Shown here piece after piece: positions 40,689 to 49,794 of a stretch of 64,000 bases of DNA. The translations under genes were made by a program, and so were the position numbers. Positions within the stretch are counted from its first letter, which is position 1, and the number at the start of each line of letters is the position of its first letter. The notes below the pieces were generated by a model, which was given only the letters and a program-made list of their open reading frames with translations, ran no database searches and was not told the origin of the DNA. The stretch is from NCBI GenBank assembly GCA_963968025.1, contig CAXAFJ010000001.1, positions 7,428-71,427 of the forward strand, given 5' to 3'. Source of the stretch: an uncultured Pseudomonadales bacterium. Lineage in GTDB: Bacteria; Pseudomonadota; Gammaproteobacteria; Pseudomonadales; Porticoccaceae.

Positions 40689-42385
40689 TAGTTTTTCTCT
40701 CCCGCATCTGTTATGTCAGCTTCCAGATACATCTCTTTAAATGACGGTTGATTGAGAATATTGTCATTAAAGTTTTTGACCGAGCTATTGACTAGATTGT
40801 TCGAGGTGTAAATGTAGATCGGGATCACTGGCATATCCTCCAATAGCATTGTTTCGGCGCGGTTAAATATTGCCAGACGCTCGGCGTGGGTTTTGGCTTC
40901 CGGTGCGGACCTGAGTATCAGCTGATCATATTCCGGGTTGCACCAGCCGGTGCGGTTGTTGCCGCCATTACAGAGAAACATATCGAGGAAATTGTTGGGG
41001 TCCACATAGTCGCCGATCCATCCAGCGCGGCCGATTTCGTAGTCGAGACTGGTGACGCTGTTTAAATAGACCTTCCACTCTTGATTGAGCAGTTTGACAT
41101 CTATATTGAGGTGCTTTTTCCACATCTGCTGAATGGCCACGGCGATCTTGCGGTGGCCTTCGCTGGTGTTATAGAGAATTTCGGTGGTGGGAAAACCCTC
41201 GCCATTGGGGTAGCCGGCGTCGGCCAATAGCTGTCGAGCGGCCTCGGGATTAAACGCTAGGTCACTTTTGGGGTGGTAGCCCATGGTGCCCGGCGGGGTG
41301 ATGGTATAGGCGGGGATCTGTCCGCCTTTGAGTATCCGCTGGCTTATCTTGTCGCGATTAATTGTCATGCCCAGCGCGCGCCTGACACGTTTGTCTTGTA
41401 GTTGCGGTACGCGAGTATTGATGCGGTAGAAGTAGACGCCCAGATAAGGGGCGATGTGCAGGGCTGGATCGTTGCGCTCCCTGTAGGTGGCGATTTTGTC
41501 GGCCGGCACTGTGCCGCTGTAGTGAAGCTGCCCGGCGCGGAACATACGTTCGACAGTGACGGCATTTTCGATGGGATAGAAGATAATTTTATTCAGTTTG
41601 ATGCTGTCGGCATCCCAGTAGTGGGGGTTGCGTTCGACCACTACCCGACGGTTTATTTTCCACTCGGACAGTTGAAAGGGGCCATTGCCCACTATGTTGC
41701 CTTCGTAGGTCCAGCGGGTGCCACGCTGATCGGCGTCGCCAAATTTTTCGATAGTGGCGCGATGTACTGGGTAGAGGCTGTAGTGGTCGAGCAGTTGCAA
41801 GAAGTAGGGTGTTGGGTTGTTGAGGGTGACTTGCAGAGTAAGGTCGTCGAGGGCTTTGACCCCTACCTGTTCGAAGTCGCTGATGTCCCCTTCGTAATAT
41901 TCTTTGGCGTTTGCGATGGGAAAGTACATGTAGGCGTAGAGGTTGCCCAGTGCCGGTTGCAGGGCGCGCCACCAGGACCAGACGTAGTCATGGGCGTTGT
42001 GCGGGTCACCGTTGGACCAACGGGCGTTATTTCGCAGGTAGAAGGTGTAGACACGGCCGTCTTCGCTGATATCCCAGGAGCTGGCGACACCGGGTCGCGG
42101 TTCGAGGGTTTTGCTGTCTTTGAGCACTAGGCCTTCCATAAGGGCAACGATGATTTTGTGCTCGGGGACGCCGGTGGCGATATGGGGGTCGAGGCTTTGC
42201 GGTTCGGTGCCGTTGCCCCAGTGTAGGGTGCCGCTGCGGTTGCCTGTGCTGACGTTGTTTTCGCCACCACCACAGCTGGTCAGCAGTGTTAGCAATAATA
42301 GGGTTGCCAGCGCTTTGACGGGATTAGATCTAAGGTATGAATGAGTTGCCGGGTTGGGCGCGGTGGTTGCTGGGGAGTGACGCAT
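40688..42385 (-). CDS. oppA: Oligopeptide ABC transporter substrate-binding lipoprotein OppA
   Basis: Lipobox-like LLTSC, EPQSLDP, PGVASSWDIS, LRNNARWSNGD, GNGPF, RAGWIGDY. Confidence 0.92.
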   Translation of the reverse strand: MRHSPATTAPNPATHSYLRSNPVKALATLLLLTLLTSCGGGENNVSTGNRSGTLHWGNGTEPQSLDPHIATGVPEHKIIVALMEGLVLKDSKTLEPRPGVASSWDISEDGRVYTFYLRNNARWSNGDPHNAHDYVWSWWRALQPALGNLYAYMYFPIANAKEYYEGDISDFEQVGVKALDDLTLQVTLNNPTPYFLQLLDHYSLYPVHRATIEKFGDADQRGTRWTYEGNIVGNGPFQLSEWKINRRVVVERNPHYWDADSIKLNKIIFYPIENAVTVERMFRAGQLHYSGTVPADKIATYRERNDPALHIAPYLGVYFYRINTRVPQLQDKRVRRALGMTINRDKISQRILKGGQIPAYTITPPGTMGYHPKSDLAFNPEAARQLLADAGYPNGEGFPTTEILYNTSEGHRKIAVAIQQMWKKHLNIDVKLLNQEWKVYLNSVTSLDYEIGRAGWIGDYVDPNNFLDMFLCNGGNNRTGWCNPEYDQLILRSAPEAKTHAERLAIFNRAETMLLEDMPVIPIYIYTSNNLVNSSVKNFNDNILNQPSFKEMYLEADITDAGEKN

Positions 42386-42546
42386 TTATAGAAATCCGTT
42401 TTTATGGTTTTGTTACTGAGATCTAACTGTAGTGTAACGAACCGATGAAATTTAACCACATTAAAAGTGATCAATTTATGGGCTATTTTGATCTTGGCTG
42501 GATTAGTTTTTATCTGGCTTTGAGTAGCTTTTTGATCGAAGAGCTG

Positions 42547-42575
42547 TTGCACTTGAGCGGTAAACCCGTGATAAT
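42547..42575 (+). promoter_or_regulatory. Sigma70 promoter of ffs
   Basis: TTGCAC (42547-42552), 17 nt spacer, GATAAT (42570-42575). Confidence 0.65.
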
Positions 42576-42588
42576 CCCGCGCTTCAAT

Positions 42589-42700
42589 GGTGGCCCTCAC
42601 TGGTCCCCTCGCAACAGCCAGCCGCGAACCCCGCCAGGCCCGGAAGGGAGCAACGGTAGTGGTTACGCTGTGTGCCGAAGTGCGGCTGGTGAGGGTCACC
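42589..42700 (+). ncRNA. ffs: Signal recognition particle RNA (4.5S)
   Basis: Conserved CCAGGCCCGGAAGGGAGCAACGG loop; closing stem ggtggccctcac / gtgagggtcacc; near dnaX; ends approximate. Confidence 0.92.
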
Positions 42701-42843
42701 GCCATATTTCCTGTGTGACTTCTCCTTTTTTGATTTATTTGTGCCTGCTGGTAGTCTGTGGCGTCCGCTATGGATTCGAGCTCTGTTGGTTTGGGAGCCT
42801 GAGGAGCGGCAACGATTGGGGTTCAGCGTGTCACACCAAACTC

Positions 42844-42905
42844 TGTCATCCCGACAGAGCGTAGCGATGAGAGATCTCCCCCTCTATTGGCTGATAATCA
42901 TTGTC
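42844..42905 (+). repeat. REP subtype A plus extension; left copy of a ~62-bp direct repeat
   Basis: tgtcatcccgacagagcgtagcgatgagagatctccccctctattggctgataatcattgtc; a degenerate unit follows at 42906-42940. Confidence 0.9.
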
Positions 42906-42958
42906 GTCATTCTGGGCGCTAGGCCTGCCTGCTTAGGATCAAGGCAGGCTAGTTGCGC

Positions 42959-43954
42959 TCATAATTTATAGGTATTTTCCGCAGTGCCGTAAAACATCAT
43001 ATGTTGCTCGCTAGCGGTATAGCGAGCGGCGATCTTTTTAAAGCCGTTGTACAAAACATGGTAGGAAATAGACTCCTTATCCACGGGAAAATTACTTTCA
43101 AACATACAGCGTGCTGGGCCAAAGCACTCGATGCTGTGATGATAATAAGCAGCCTGTGCGGCTAAGAATTCATCTGAGGTGGGAGGTTGTTTGGCCAGGT
43201 GCCAAGAAAAACCATTGTCAGGCATAGCGAGACCCCCTAATTTGGCATAGACGTTGGGGTACTGTGCTAGGGTTTTGATATCCTTTTGCCACTGATTTAC
43301 TATTTCATTGCGCTGATGCCTGTAGGGGCCGACACCCAAAGGGGTTCCAAAGTGATCGAGGATAAAGGTGGTTTCGGGTACAGCCTGCACCAACTCTATG
43401 AAGTCCTGAAGTTGGTGGTGATAATGCCAGGCGTCAAATGAGTATCCCAGTTGGCCTAGGCGTTTTAGGCCGCGCCTAAAAGCGTTACTGGTATACAAGC
43501 CAGGCGCAGCTAGATCGATTTCGGTGACACTAATCGCCTCTGGATTTGGATCCCAGACGGCGATTTGGCGGATACCTTTGAGCAGTTCTCCGGCAATTTC
43601 TCGGTGATGGTCTAGCACGTCCTCGACAGCGTCACCCAGAGTTAAATTTGCACGGCCAACGATGCCCGCAACCTCTGGCCCGTTGCCGCTACAGCTCTTT
43701 TTAGCTAAAGCGACGGCGTACTCGGTTTCACTAACCGGTTTAAGGTGAGCTGGATAGTTATTGGTGTAGTCAATTCCGCCCTCTATAAAAACCGTTTTAA
43801 CAATATTGTGCCCCGATTGCGTATCAGCGTAAAAATCGCCTAACTCGTAGAGCATGTCGGGCAAGTGCCACAGGTGATGGTGGGGGTCGATGATCTTCAA
43901 TTTGGGGTTGATAATCGTTTCATTGACTTGCTCTAACCATTTTGCATGGCACAT
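42959..43954 (-). CDS. Amidohydrolase family protein (Amidohydro_2/lactonase-like)
   Basis: IIDPHHHLW, ILDHFGTP, YAKLGGL, RCMFESNFPVD; ATG at 43954 preferred. Confidence 0.85.
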   Translation of the reverse strand: MCHAKWLEQVNETIINPKLKIIDPHHHLWHLPDMLYELGDFYADTQSGHNIVKTVFIEGGIDYTNNYPAHLKPVSETEYAVALAKKSCSGNGPEVAGIVGRANLTLGDAVEDVLDHHREIAGELLKGIRQIAVWDPNPEAISVTEIDLAAPGLYTSNAFRRGLKRLGQLGYSFDAWHYHHQLQDFIELVQAVPETTFILDHFGTPLGVGPYRHQRNEIVNQWQKDIKTLAQYPNVYAKLGGLAMPDNGFSWHLAKQPPTSDEFLAAQAAYYHHSIECFGPARCMFESNFPVDKESISYHVLYNGFKKIAARYTASEQHMMFYGTAENTYKL

Positions 43955-44300
43955 ATTGGGTTTCCATTTGATCAAGACAAGCAGATTAGCTTCGACCGTC
44001 AACACTATATGAATTAGCGAACGTCTTCCCTTGAGGTGAATCAATGAGCGCCGATGTTAGTCGATCGACCAGCCCTAGACAGCTGGACTTAAATCAGCAA
44101 ACCGTTTTCATCGACCTCTCTTATCGCTTGTTTTTTGACTGAGCGGCCCTGAGCGTTCGTTGCGCTCTGCATTAGAAACGCCGAGTGCCGAGGTTGCCTC
44201 AGGTTATAGGGTGGGAATCTACGGTTTGTCGGGTCGGTAGGGGGCTATATATACCTTAAGTCTTTTCGGGCCGATGTTATGGTGTGCAAACAGGTCTGGT

Positions 44301-44428
44301 GGTTCGAGATAACAGCGTTGGGTTCGAGATGACAGTGTTGGGTTCGAGATGACATAAAGCTACATTGTCATCTCGACAGAGCGCAGCGGCGAGAGATCTC
44401 CCCCCTCAATTGGCTGATAATCATTGTC
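44301..44428. repeat. Tandem 20-bp inverted terminal units followed by REP A plus extension; right copy of the direct repeat
   Basis: ggttcgagat(a/g)acag(c/t)gttg x2.7 at 44301-44354; tgtcatctcgacagagcgcagcggcgagagatctcccccctcaattggctgataatcattgtc at 44366-44428. Confidence 0.9.
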
Positions 44429-44500
44429 TCGCTCTGCGCTCTGTTTATATTTCTCTTATCTCCTTATAATGGCTTTTTCCAATCCTAAGCCGTCGCTACT

Positions 44501-46417
44501 ATGAGTTACCAAGTACTTGCCCGCAAATGGCGCCCGCGTATTTTTGCCGAGATGGCTGGCCAGCAACATGTGTTGCAGGCGTTGATCAATGCCCTCGACC
44601 ACGATCGCTTGCACCACGCTTATCTGTTTACCGGAACCCGGGGAGTGGGTAAAACCACCATCGCTCGGATCCTGTCTAAATGCCTTAACTGTGAAGCGGG
44701 TGTCAGCTCGGTTCCCTGTGGTGAATGCTCTTCTTGTAATGAGATCAGTGAAGGGCGCTTTATCGATTTGATTGAGGTGGATGCGGCATCGCGCACCGGT
44801 GTCGATGATATGCGTGAACTGCTCGACAATGTTCAGTACGCGCCATCCCGCGGTCGCTACAAGATCTACCTTATCGATGAAGTGCATATGCTCTCTAAGT
44901 CGAGTTTTGCTGCGCTATTGAAAACCCTCGAAGAGCCGCCGCCCCATGTGAAGTTTTTGTTCGCCACCACCGATCCGCAAAAGTTGCCGATTACGGTGCT
45001 GTCGAGATGCCTGCAGTTCAATCTTAAAAACCTCAGTGCTGAGCGTATTACCGAACATCTGCAGTTTGTCCTCGGTGAAGAGCAGGTACCCTTTGAAGAT
45101 GCTGCGCTATGGTCTCTAGCGCGCGCTGCTGACGGCAGTATGCGTGATGCCTTGAGCCTTACCGATCAGGCTATTGGTCACGGCGGTGGGCAGGTTAATG
45201 AGGGCGAAGTCAGTGCCATGTTGGGCACGATTGAACGCAGTTTTGTGGTGGATATTTGTCAGGCGCTGATCTCTGGTTCAGGTACAGAATTACTCGCGGC
45301 GATTGGCCGTATGGCTGAGCAGGCGCCAGATTATGATGCGGCTTTAACCGATATTTTATCGGTCTGGCATCAGGTGGCTATAGTGCAGACGGTTCCTGAA
45401 GCACTGGATAAGGGTGTGGCCAACTACAGTGAGCTGTTGGCACTGGCCGCGGCAGTCAGCCGGGAAGATACTCAGCTGTTCTATCAGATCTGTCTGTTAG
45501 GGCGCAAAGATTTGCAGCTCTCTCCGGATGCCAAGTCCGGTTTTGAAATGGTTATGTTGCGGGCATTGGCATTTCGCCCGCAGTCTTCGGTGCGACCTGG
45601 TGCTGCACCAGCAGCTGCGCCGGTGATGGCGGCTACTAATAATAGTTCAGCGGCTAACACGCCATCAGCTAACAGCTCAGTCGAACAAACACCTCCGCCG
45701 GAGGTGGAGCCCAGCGCAAAAAAGTCTGAAGCGGTAGTCGCGGCGGTTGCCGACGACAGGCCGCCTTGGGAACCTCAGATCGAGGCAGGCGCTGAGCCTG
45801 TTGTAGCCATAGCGGCTGTTGAAGCGGTTGCAGAGTTGGTGGTTGCAGAGTTGGCGGTTGAATCACCGCTAGAGCAATATGCTGAGTCAGTTCAACAGCC
45901 AGTCGCTCTTCAAGAGGCAGCGCAAAAAGTAACGCAAGAGGCCATACATAAGGCTGTTCCGGAGGCAATGCCAGAGCCTGCAGCGATAGTTGCACCGGCT
46001 CCTGCTGCACCAGCGCCCATTGCTCTGGAGCGTTTCACACCAGAAAACTGGATTCAGCTGCGTCGTCAGTTGAGTATTGGTGCATCTTTGGGCGAGATCG
46101 CCAGTCACTGTCTGTATTTGGGGCGCAATGGTCAGCAGTTAAACTTCCTGATTGATAGCGACCACAACAGCCTCTATGACGATCCCCATCAGCAGCAGTT
46201 TAGTGAGGCTCTGAGCGATTATTTCCGGCAGCCGGTGACGGTTGAGATAACCCTCGGCGTGGCGGAAAAAGAGACACCTCGTGCGGCGACCACCAGAGAG
46301 AAAGCGGAGCGTTTGGTTGAGGCGGTAGGCAGTCTTAATCAGGATCCTGCGGTGGTGAAATTTAAACAGCTTTTTGATGGTGTACTCGATGAGCGCTCCG
46401 TGCGGCCAATAGATTAG
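44501..46417 (+). CDS. dnaX: DNA polymerase III subunit tau/gamma
   Basis: MSYQVLARKWRP, GTRGVGKTT, IDEVHML, SRCLQF, GSMRDALSL. Confidence 0.98.
   Translation: MSYQVLARKWRPRIFAEMAGQQHVLQALINALDHDRLHHAYLFTGTRGVGKTTIARILSKCLNCEAGVSSVPCGECSSCNEISEGRFIDLIEVDAASRTGVDDMRELLDNVQYAPSRGRYKIYLIDEVHMLSKSSFAALLKTLEEPPPHVKFLFATTDPQKLPITVLSRCLQFNLKNLSAERITEHLQFVLGEEQVPFEDAALWSLARAADGSMRDALSLTDQAIGHGGGQVNEGEVSAMLGTIERSFVVDICQALISGSGTELLAAIGRMAEQAPDYDAALTDILSVWHQVAIVQTVPEALDKGVANYSELLALAAAVSREDTQLFYQICLLGRKDLQLSPDAKSGFEMVMLRALAFRPQSSVRPGAAPAAAPVMAATNNSSAANTPSANSSVEQTPPPEVEPSAKKSEAVVAAVADDRPPWEPQIEAGAEPVVAIAAVEAVAELVVAELAVESPLEQYAESVQQPVALQEAAQKVTQEAIHKAVPEAMPEPAAIVAPAPAAPAPIALERFTPENWIQLRRQLSIGASLGEIASHCLYLGRNGQQLNFLIDSDHNSLYDDPHQQQFSEALSDYFRQPVTVEITLGVAEKETPRAATTREKAERLVEAVGSLNQDPAVVKFKQLFDGVLDERSVRPID
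45700..45764 (+). promoter_or_regulatory. Putative programmed -1 ribosomal frameshift signal in dnaX
   Basis: In-frame A_AAA_AAG (45718-45724), GGAGG at 45700-45704, 13-bp hairpin at 45731-45764, -1 frame TGA at 45727-45729. Confidence 0.75.
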
Positions 46418-46473
46418 GCGCCAAAAGTAACCTCCAGATTGTTTTAGACACAGATTATTAAAAAGAGAGTCCC

Positions 46474-46791
46474 ATGGATATTAATGAGTTAATGAAGCAG
46501 GCCCAGCAGATGCAGGGCAAGATGGCAGAGATGCAAGAGCAGGCTGCCAATGTTGAAGTAACCGGTGAGTCCGGCGCGGGTATGGTCAAGGTGATCATGA
46601 CCGGTCGTCACGATGTGCGCAAAGTGACTCTGGACCCTTCACTGATGAAAGAGGATAAGGAATTTCTCGAAGACTTACTCGCCGCCGCGGTCAATGATGC
46701 GGTGCGCAAAGTCGAATCTCAGAGCAAAGATGCTCTGGGCAAAATGACCGGCGGTATGAATTTGCCCGCTGGCTTTAAAATGCCTTTCTAA
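46474..46791 (+). CDS. ybaB: YbaB/EbfC nucleoid-associated protein
   Basis: [31 protein letters not shown]; between dnaX and recR. Confidence 0.95.
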   Translation: MDINELMKQAQQMQGKMAEMQEQAANVEVTGESGAGMVKVIMTGRHDVRKVTLDPSLMKEDKEFLEDLLAAAVNDAVRKVESQSKDALGKMTGGMNLPAGFKMPF

Positions 46792-46835
46792 AAGGCTTTT
46801 CAGTTCTGAGAGACTCACCACTAGAAGGCTAGGCT

Positions 46836-47429
46836 GTGTACGGTAATTTAATTGATCAACTGATTGACGCGTTGCGGGTGTTACCCGGTGTCGGTAATAA
46901 GTCGGCACAGCGTATGGCGCTGCATCTGCTGGAGCGGGATCGTCTTGGCGCCACCCGCCTGGCTGAGTCACTTGTTGAGTCGGTAGAAAAAGTCGGCCGC
47001 TGTGGACAGTGCCGGACGCTCACCGAGCACGAGGTCTGTGCGATCTGTCGCAATGAACGCAGATTGTCTGATCAGATCTGTGTGGTTGAGAATCCCGCGG
47101 ATTTGTACGCTATTGAACAGGCCGGTAGTTTTCGCGGCAAGTACTTTGTCTTGCTTGGCCATCTGTCGCCGATTGACGGTATTGGTCCTGAACAGCTGGG
47201 CATAGATCAGCTGGTTGAGCGGCTTAAAACCGGCGACGTCAGTGAGCTGATACTGGCTACCAACCTAACAGTTGAAGGTGAGGCCACGGCCCACTTTATT
47301 GCCGACAAGGCTAAGGCCCTAGGGGTAGAAGTCTCTCGCATTGCCTATGGTGTACCCATGGGCGGCGAGTTGGAATATGTCGATGGCGGCACTTTAAATA
47401 TGGCCTTACAGAGCCGTAAATCACTTTAG
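46836..47429 (+). CDS. recR: Recombination mediator RecR
   Basis: [14 protein letters not shown]4 zinc finger, [17 protein letters not shown]. Confidence 0.97.
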   Translation: MYGNLIDQLIDALRVLPGVGNKSAQRMALHLLERDRLGATRLAESLVESVEKVGRCGQCRTLTEHEVCAICRNERRLSDQICVVENPADLYAIEQAGSFRGKYFVLLGHLSPIDGIGPEQLGIDQLVERLKTGDVSELILATNLTVEGEATAHFIADKAKALGVEVSRIAYGVPMGGELEYVDGGTLNMALQSRKSL

Positions 47430-47464
47430 AATAAGAACAACAGACCACGGATTTTATAATCATA

Positions 47465-48589
47465 ATGACAGCAAATAATCACTGGATCGACAACAGCCAA
47501 CAGCTTGCCGAACTCTGCGAGCAGCTGCAGCACGCCACTGAGTTGGCAATTGATACCGAGTTTATGCGCAGCGATACCTTTTATGCCAAGCTGGCGCTGA
47601 TCCAATTATCCGATGGTGAACAGTGCTGGCTGATTGATACGCCCGCTATTAAAGAGCTGCAACCTCTGACGCAACTGCTCAATGCAGCGGAGCTGACATT
47701 GGTCTTTCACTCCTGTGGTGAAGATCTGGAAGTGCTGGATCAGGTACTCTCTGTGCGCCCCAAAAAATTGTTTGATTCCCAGATTGCGGCCGGCATTGTC
47801 AATATTGGCTATTCCATGGGCTATGCGCGTCTGGTGGAGAATATGCTTCAGATTGAGCTGGGAAAGGAAGATACCCGCTCGGATTGGTTGGCCCGTCCTC
47901 TCAGCGATCGCCAAAAGCTCTATGCCGCTGATGATGTGTTGTATCTATACAAAATTTATAAATTATTGCTGGAATTGCTCGAGCAACAGCAGCGAGAAAG
48001 CTGGTTTGCCGAAGAGATGCAGGATCTGCAGCGGATTGCCGCAGATCGTCGCGAGGCGCTGGATTATTATCTGCGTGTCAAAGGCGCCTGGCGACTTAAT
48101 CCGCTGTCCTTGGCGGTCTTAAAACGTCTTTGTGAATGGCGTGAGCAGGCGGCCCGGACCTTGGATAAGCCACGCTCGCATATAGTAAAAGACAATGTGC
48201 TGCTGGATCTGGCCAATAACAAGCCGACCCAGATGAGTCAACTGCATCAGATTGATGATTGGTACTCGCGCTCGGTAAAGCGTTTTGGCGAGCAGGTTCT
48301 GCAAGAGATCGCCGATGTGGATCAGGATAATTTGCCCAGCGAGCTGCCGCAGCCACTGTCCCGTGCGGTCAGTGATGTGATGAAAAAAATGCGTGTCAGC
48401 ATTAGTGAAGTGGCGGAAGCTCAGGCAATTCCCAAAGAATTGATGTGCAACAAGAAAGAGTTGGAGTCGATTCTGCGCAGTGCTGTGGAGGGCAAGCGCG
48501 AGTGGCCTGCCAGATTGGTTGATGGATGGCGGGGCAGTATGGTGATTCCGGCGCTTGAACTAGTGATAGATAACAGTGATGCCTTATGA
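47465..48589 (+). CDS. rnd: Ribonuclease D
   Basis: AIDTEF, LALIQL, FHSCGEDL, LFDSQIAA, YAADDV, HRDC region. Confidence 0.95.
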   Translation: MTANNHWIDNSQQLAELCEQLQHATELAIDTEFMRSDTFYAKLALIQLSDGEQCWLIDTPAIKELQPLTQLLNAAELTLVFHSCGEDLEVLDQVLSVRPKKLFDSQIAAGIVNIGYSMGYARLVENMLQIELGKEDTRSDWLARPLSDRQKLYAADDVLYLYKIYKLLLELLEQQQRESWFAEEMQDLQRIAADRREALDYYLRVKGAWRLNPLSLAVLKRLCEWREQAARTLDKPRSHIVKDNVLLDLANNKPTQMSQLHQIDDWYSRSVKRFGEQVLQEIADVDQDNLPSELPQPLSRAVSDVMKKMRVSISEVAEAQAIPKELMCNKKELESILRSAVEGKREWPARLVDGWRGSMVIPALELVIDNSDAL

Positions 48590-48858
48590 AAATCGCTGGC
48601 AAGATTCTCTGCGATATTTATAAAACCGCGACCAAGGAAGAGATGTATCTCTATGTGTCTCGGGAGGATGGTTTTAAGCTTGTCCCGGAAGTACTGCTAA
48701 AGCAGTTTGGCAAGCCGGTGCTGGTGACGACTATGTTGTTGGCCGCGACCAAAAAGTTGGCGCGGGCGGATGTGACAAAAGTAATGGATGATATTACTCG
48801 CCAGGGTTTCTACTTGCAGATGCCACCGCCGCCGACTCCTCTGACAGAGCAAGTCTAA
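48586..48858 (+). CDS. ycgL: YcgL domain protein
   Basis: CDIYK, MYLYV, QGFYLQMPP. Confidence 0.9.
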   Translation: MKIAGKILCDIYKTATKEEMYLYVSREDGFKLVPEVLLKQFGKPVLVTTMLLAATKKLARADVTKVMDDITRQGFYLQMPPPPTPLTEQV

Positions 48859-49301
48859 TGGCTATTCAGCCCTGGTGGCACACGAAATCTCTTGCTCAGA
48901 TGAATGATAGTGAGTGGGAATCCCTCTGTGATGGCTGTGCCAAATGCTGCTTGGTAAAGTTGGAAGACGCCGATACTGAAGAGATTTATTACACCAATGT
49001 TAGCTGTCAGCTGCTGGATACCGAGTCCTGCCGCTGTTCCAATTATGCTGGGCGTCACGAGATTGTCGATGACTGTATAAAGCTTGATCGCAGCAATGTG
49101 AATAAATTGGAGTGGCTGCCCCAGAGCTGTTCTTATCGATTGATTGCTGCGGGACAGTCGCTGCCGGATTGGCATCATCTGCGCACCGGTGATCGCAAGG
49201 CCATGCACAGTTACGGCGCATCGTTGCGCGGCAAGGTGACTTCGGAGTTGGATGTGCATGACGATGATATTGAAGACCATATTATTAGATGGATTAATTA
49301 A
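48858..49301 (+). CDS. ycgN: YcgN family CxxCxxCC protein
   Basis: EWESLCDGCAKCCLVKLED, WLPQSCSYR. Confidence 0.92.
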   Translation: MAIQPWWHTKSLAQMNDSEWESLCDGCAKCCLVKLEDADTEEIYYTNVSCQLLDTESCRCSNYAGRHEIVDDCIKLDRSNVNKLEWLPQSCSYRLIAAGQSLPDWHHLRTGDRKAMHSYGASLRGKVTSELDVHDDDIEDHIIRWIN

Positions 49302-49303
49302 CT

Positions 49304-49729
49304 ATGTATACCGCTGAAGATTATCTCCAGGGCTGGATTGCCTACTCGATTGGTGGGCTGTTTTTATTGGTTTTTCTCTGGTATGTGCTGCGCAATCTAC
49401 GTTATGCCGCGGTGCGTCATATTTTGATACTGACCTCTGCAGCCTTTCTGTTCACTCCGGTGACAGCCTATCGCGATGATGCTCATCTGGCTCCGGCGTT
49501 TTTTGTGAGTCTCTATGAAGGGGTTTTGCTGTCCGGTGCCAATGAGGGTTTTCAGCGTGGCTTGGCGCCGATTATTGCGGTGTTGGTATTTGCGCTGCTG
49601 ATCTATGGGGCGGGGCGTTTGTTGTGGGCTAAGCTGTTTCGCAAGACGCTTTCAGTTACTGCTGATGCTTTTGCTGATGGTAGTGATGATGATCAGATTG
49701 CTGAACAGCTATCTAAATCCGATAAATAA
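49304..49729 (+). CDS. Hypothetical membrane protein
   Basis: Three hydrophobic segments, FLFTPV...LAPAF; cotranscribed with ycgN. Confidence 0.7.
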   Translation: MYTAEDYLQGWIAYSIGGLFLLVFLWYVLRNLRYAAVRHILILTSAAFLFTPVTAYRDDAHLAPAFFVSLYEGVLLSGANEGFQRGLAPIIAVLVFALLIYGAGRLLWAKLFRKTLSVTADAFADGSDDDQIAEQLSKSDK

Positions 49730-49738
49730 ATTCCCCTT

Positions 49739-49767
49739 TGTCATCTCGAGCGCCTGTGAGAGATCTC
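49739..49767 (+). repeat. Degenerate REP-like unit between convergent genes
   Basis: tgtcatctcgagcgcctgtgagagatctc. Confidence 0.75.
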
Positions 49768-49794
49768 TACTGGCGACAATCAGTGACCTAAAAT

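Noticed and set aside
42445-42864. 139-aa ORF over the SRP RNA
   Set aside because: The region is better explained by ffs, its promoter and a REP
44045-44300. Possible tRNA or sRNA upstream of the amidohydrolase
   Set aside because: No cloverleaf, T-loop or convincing stem found by eye
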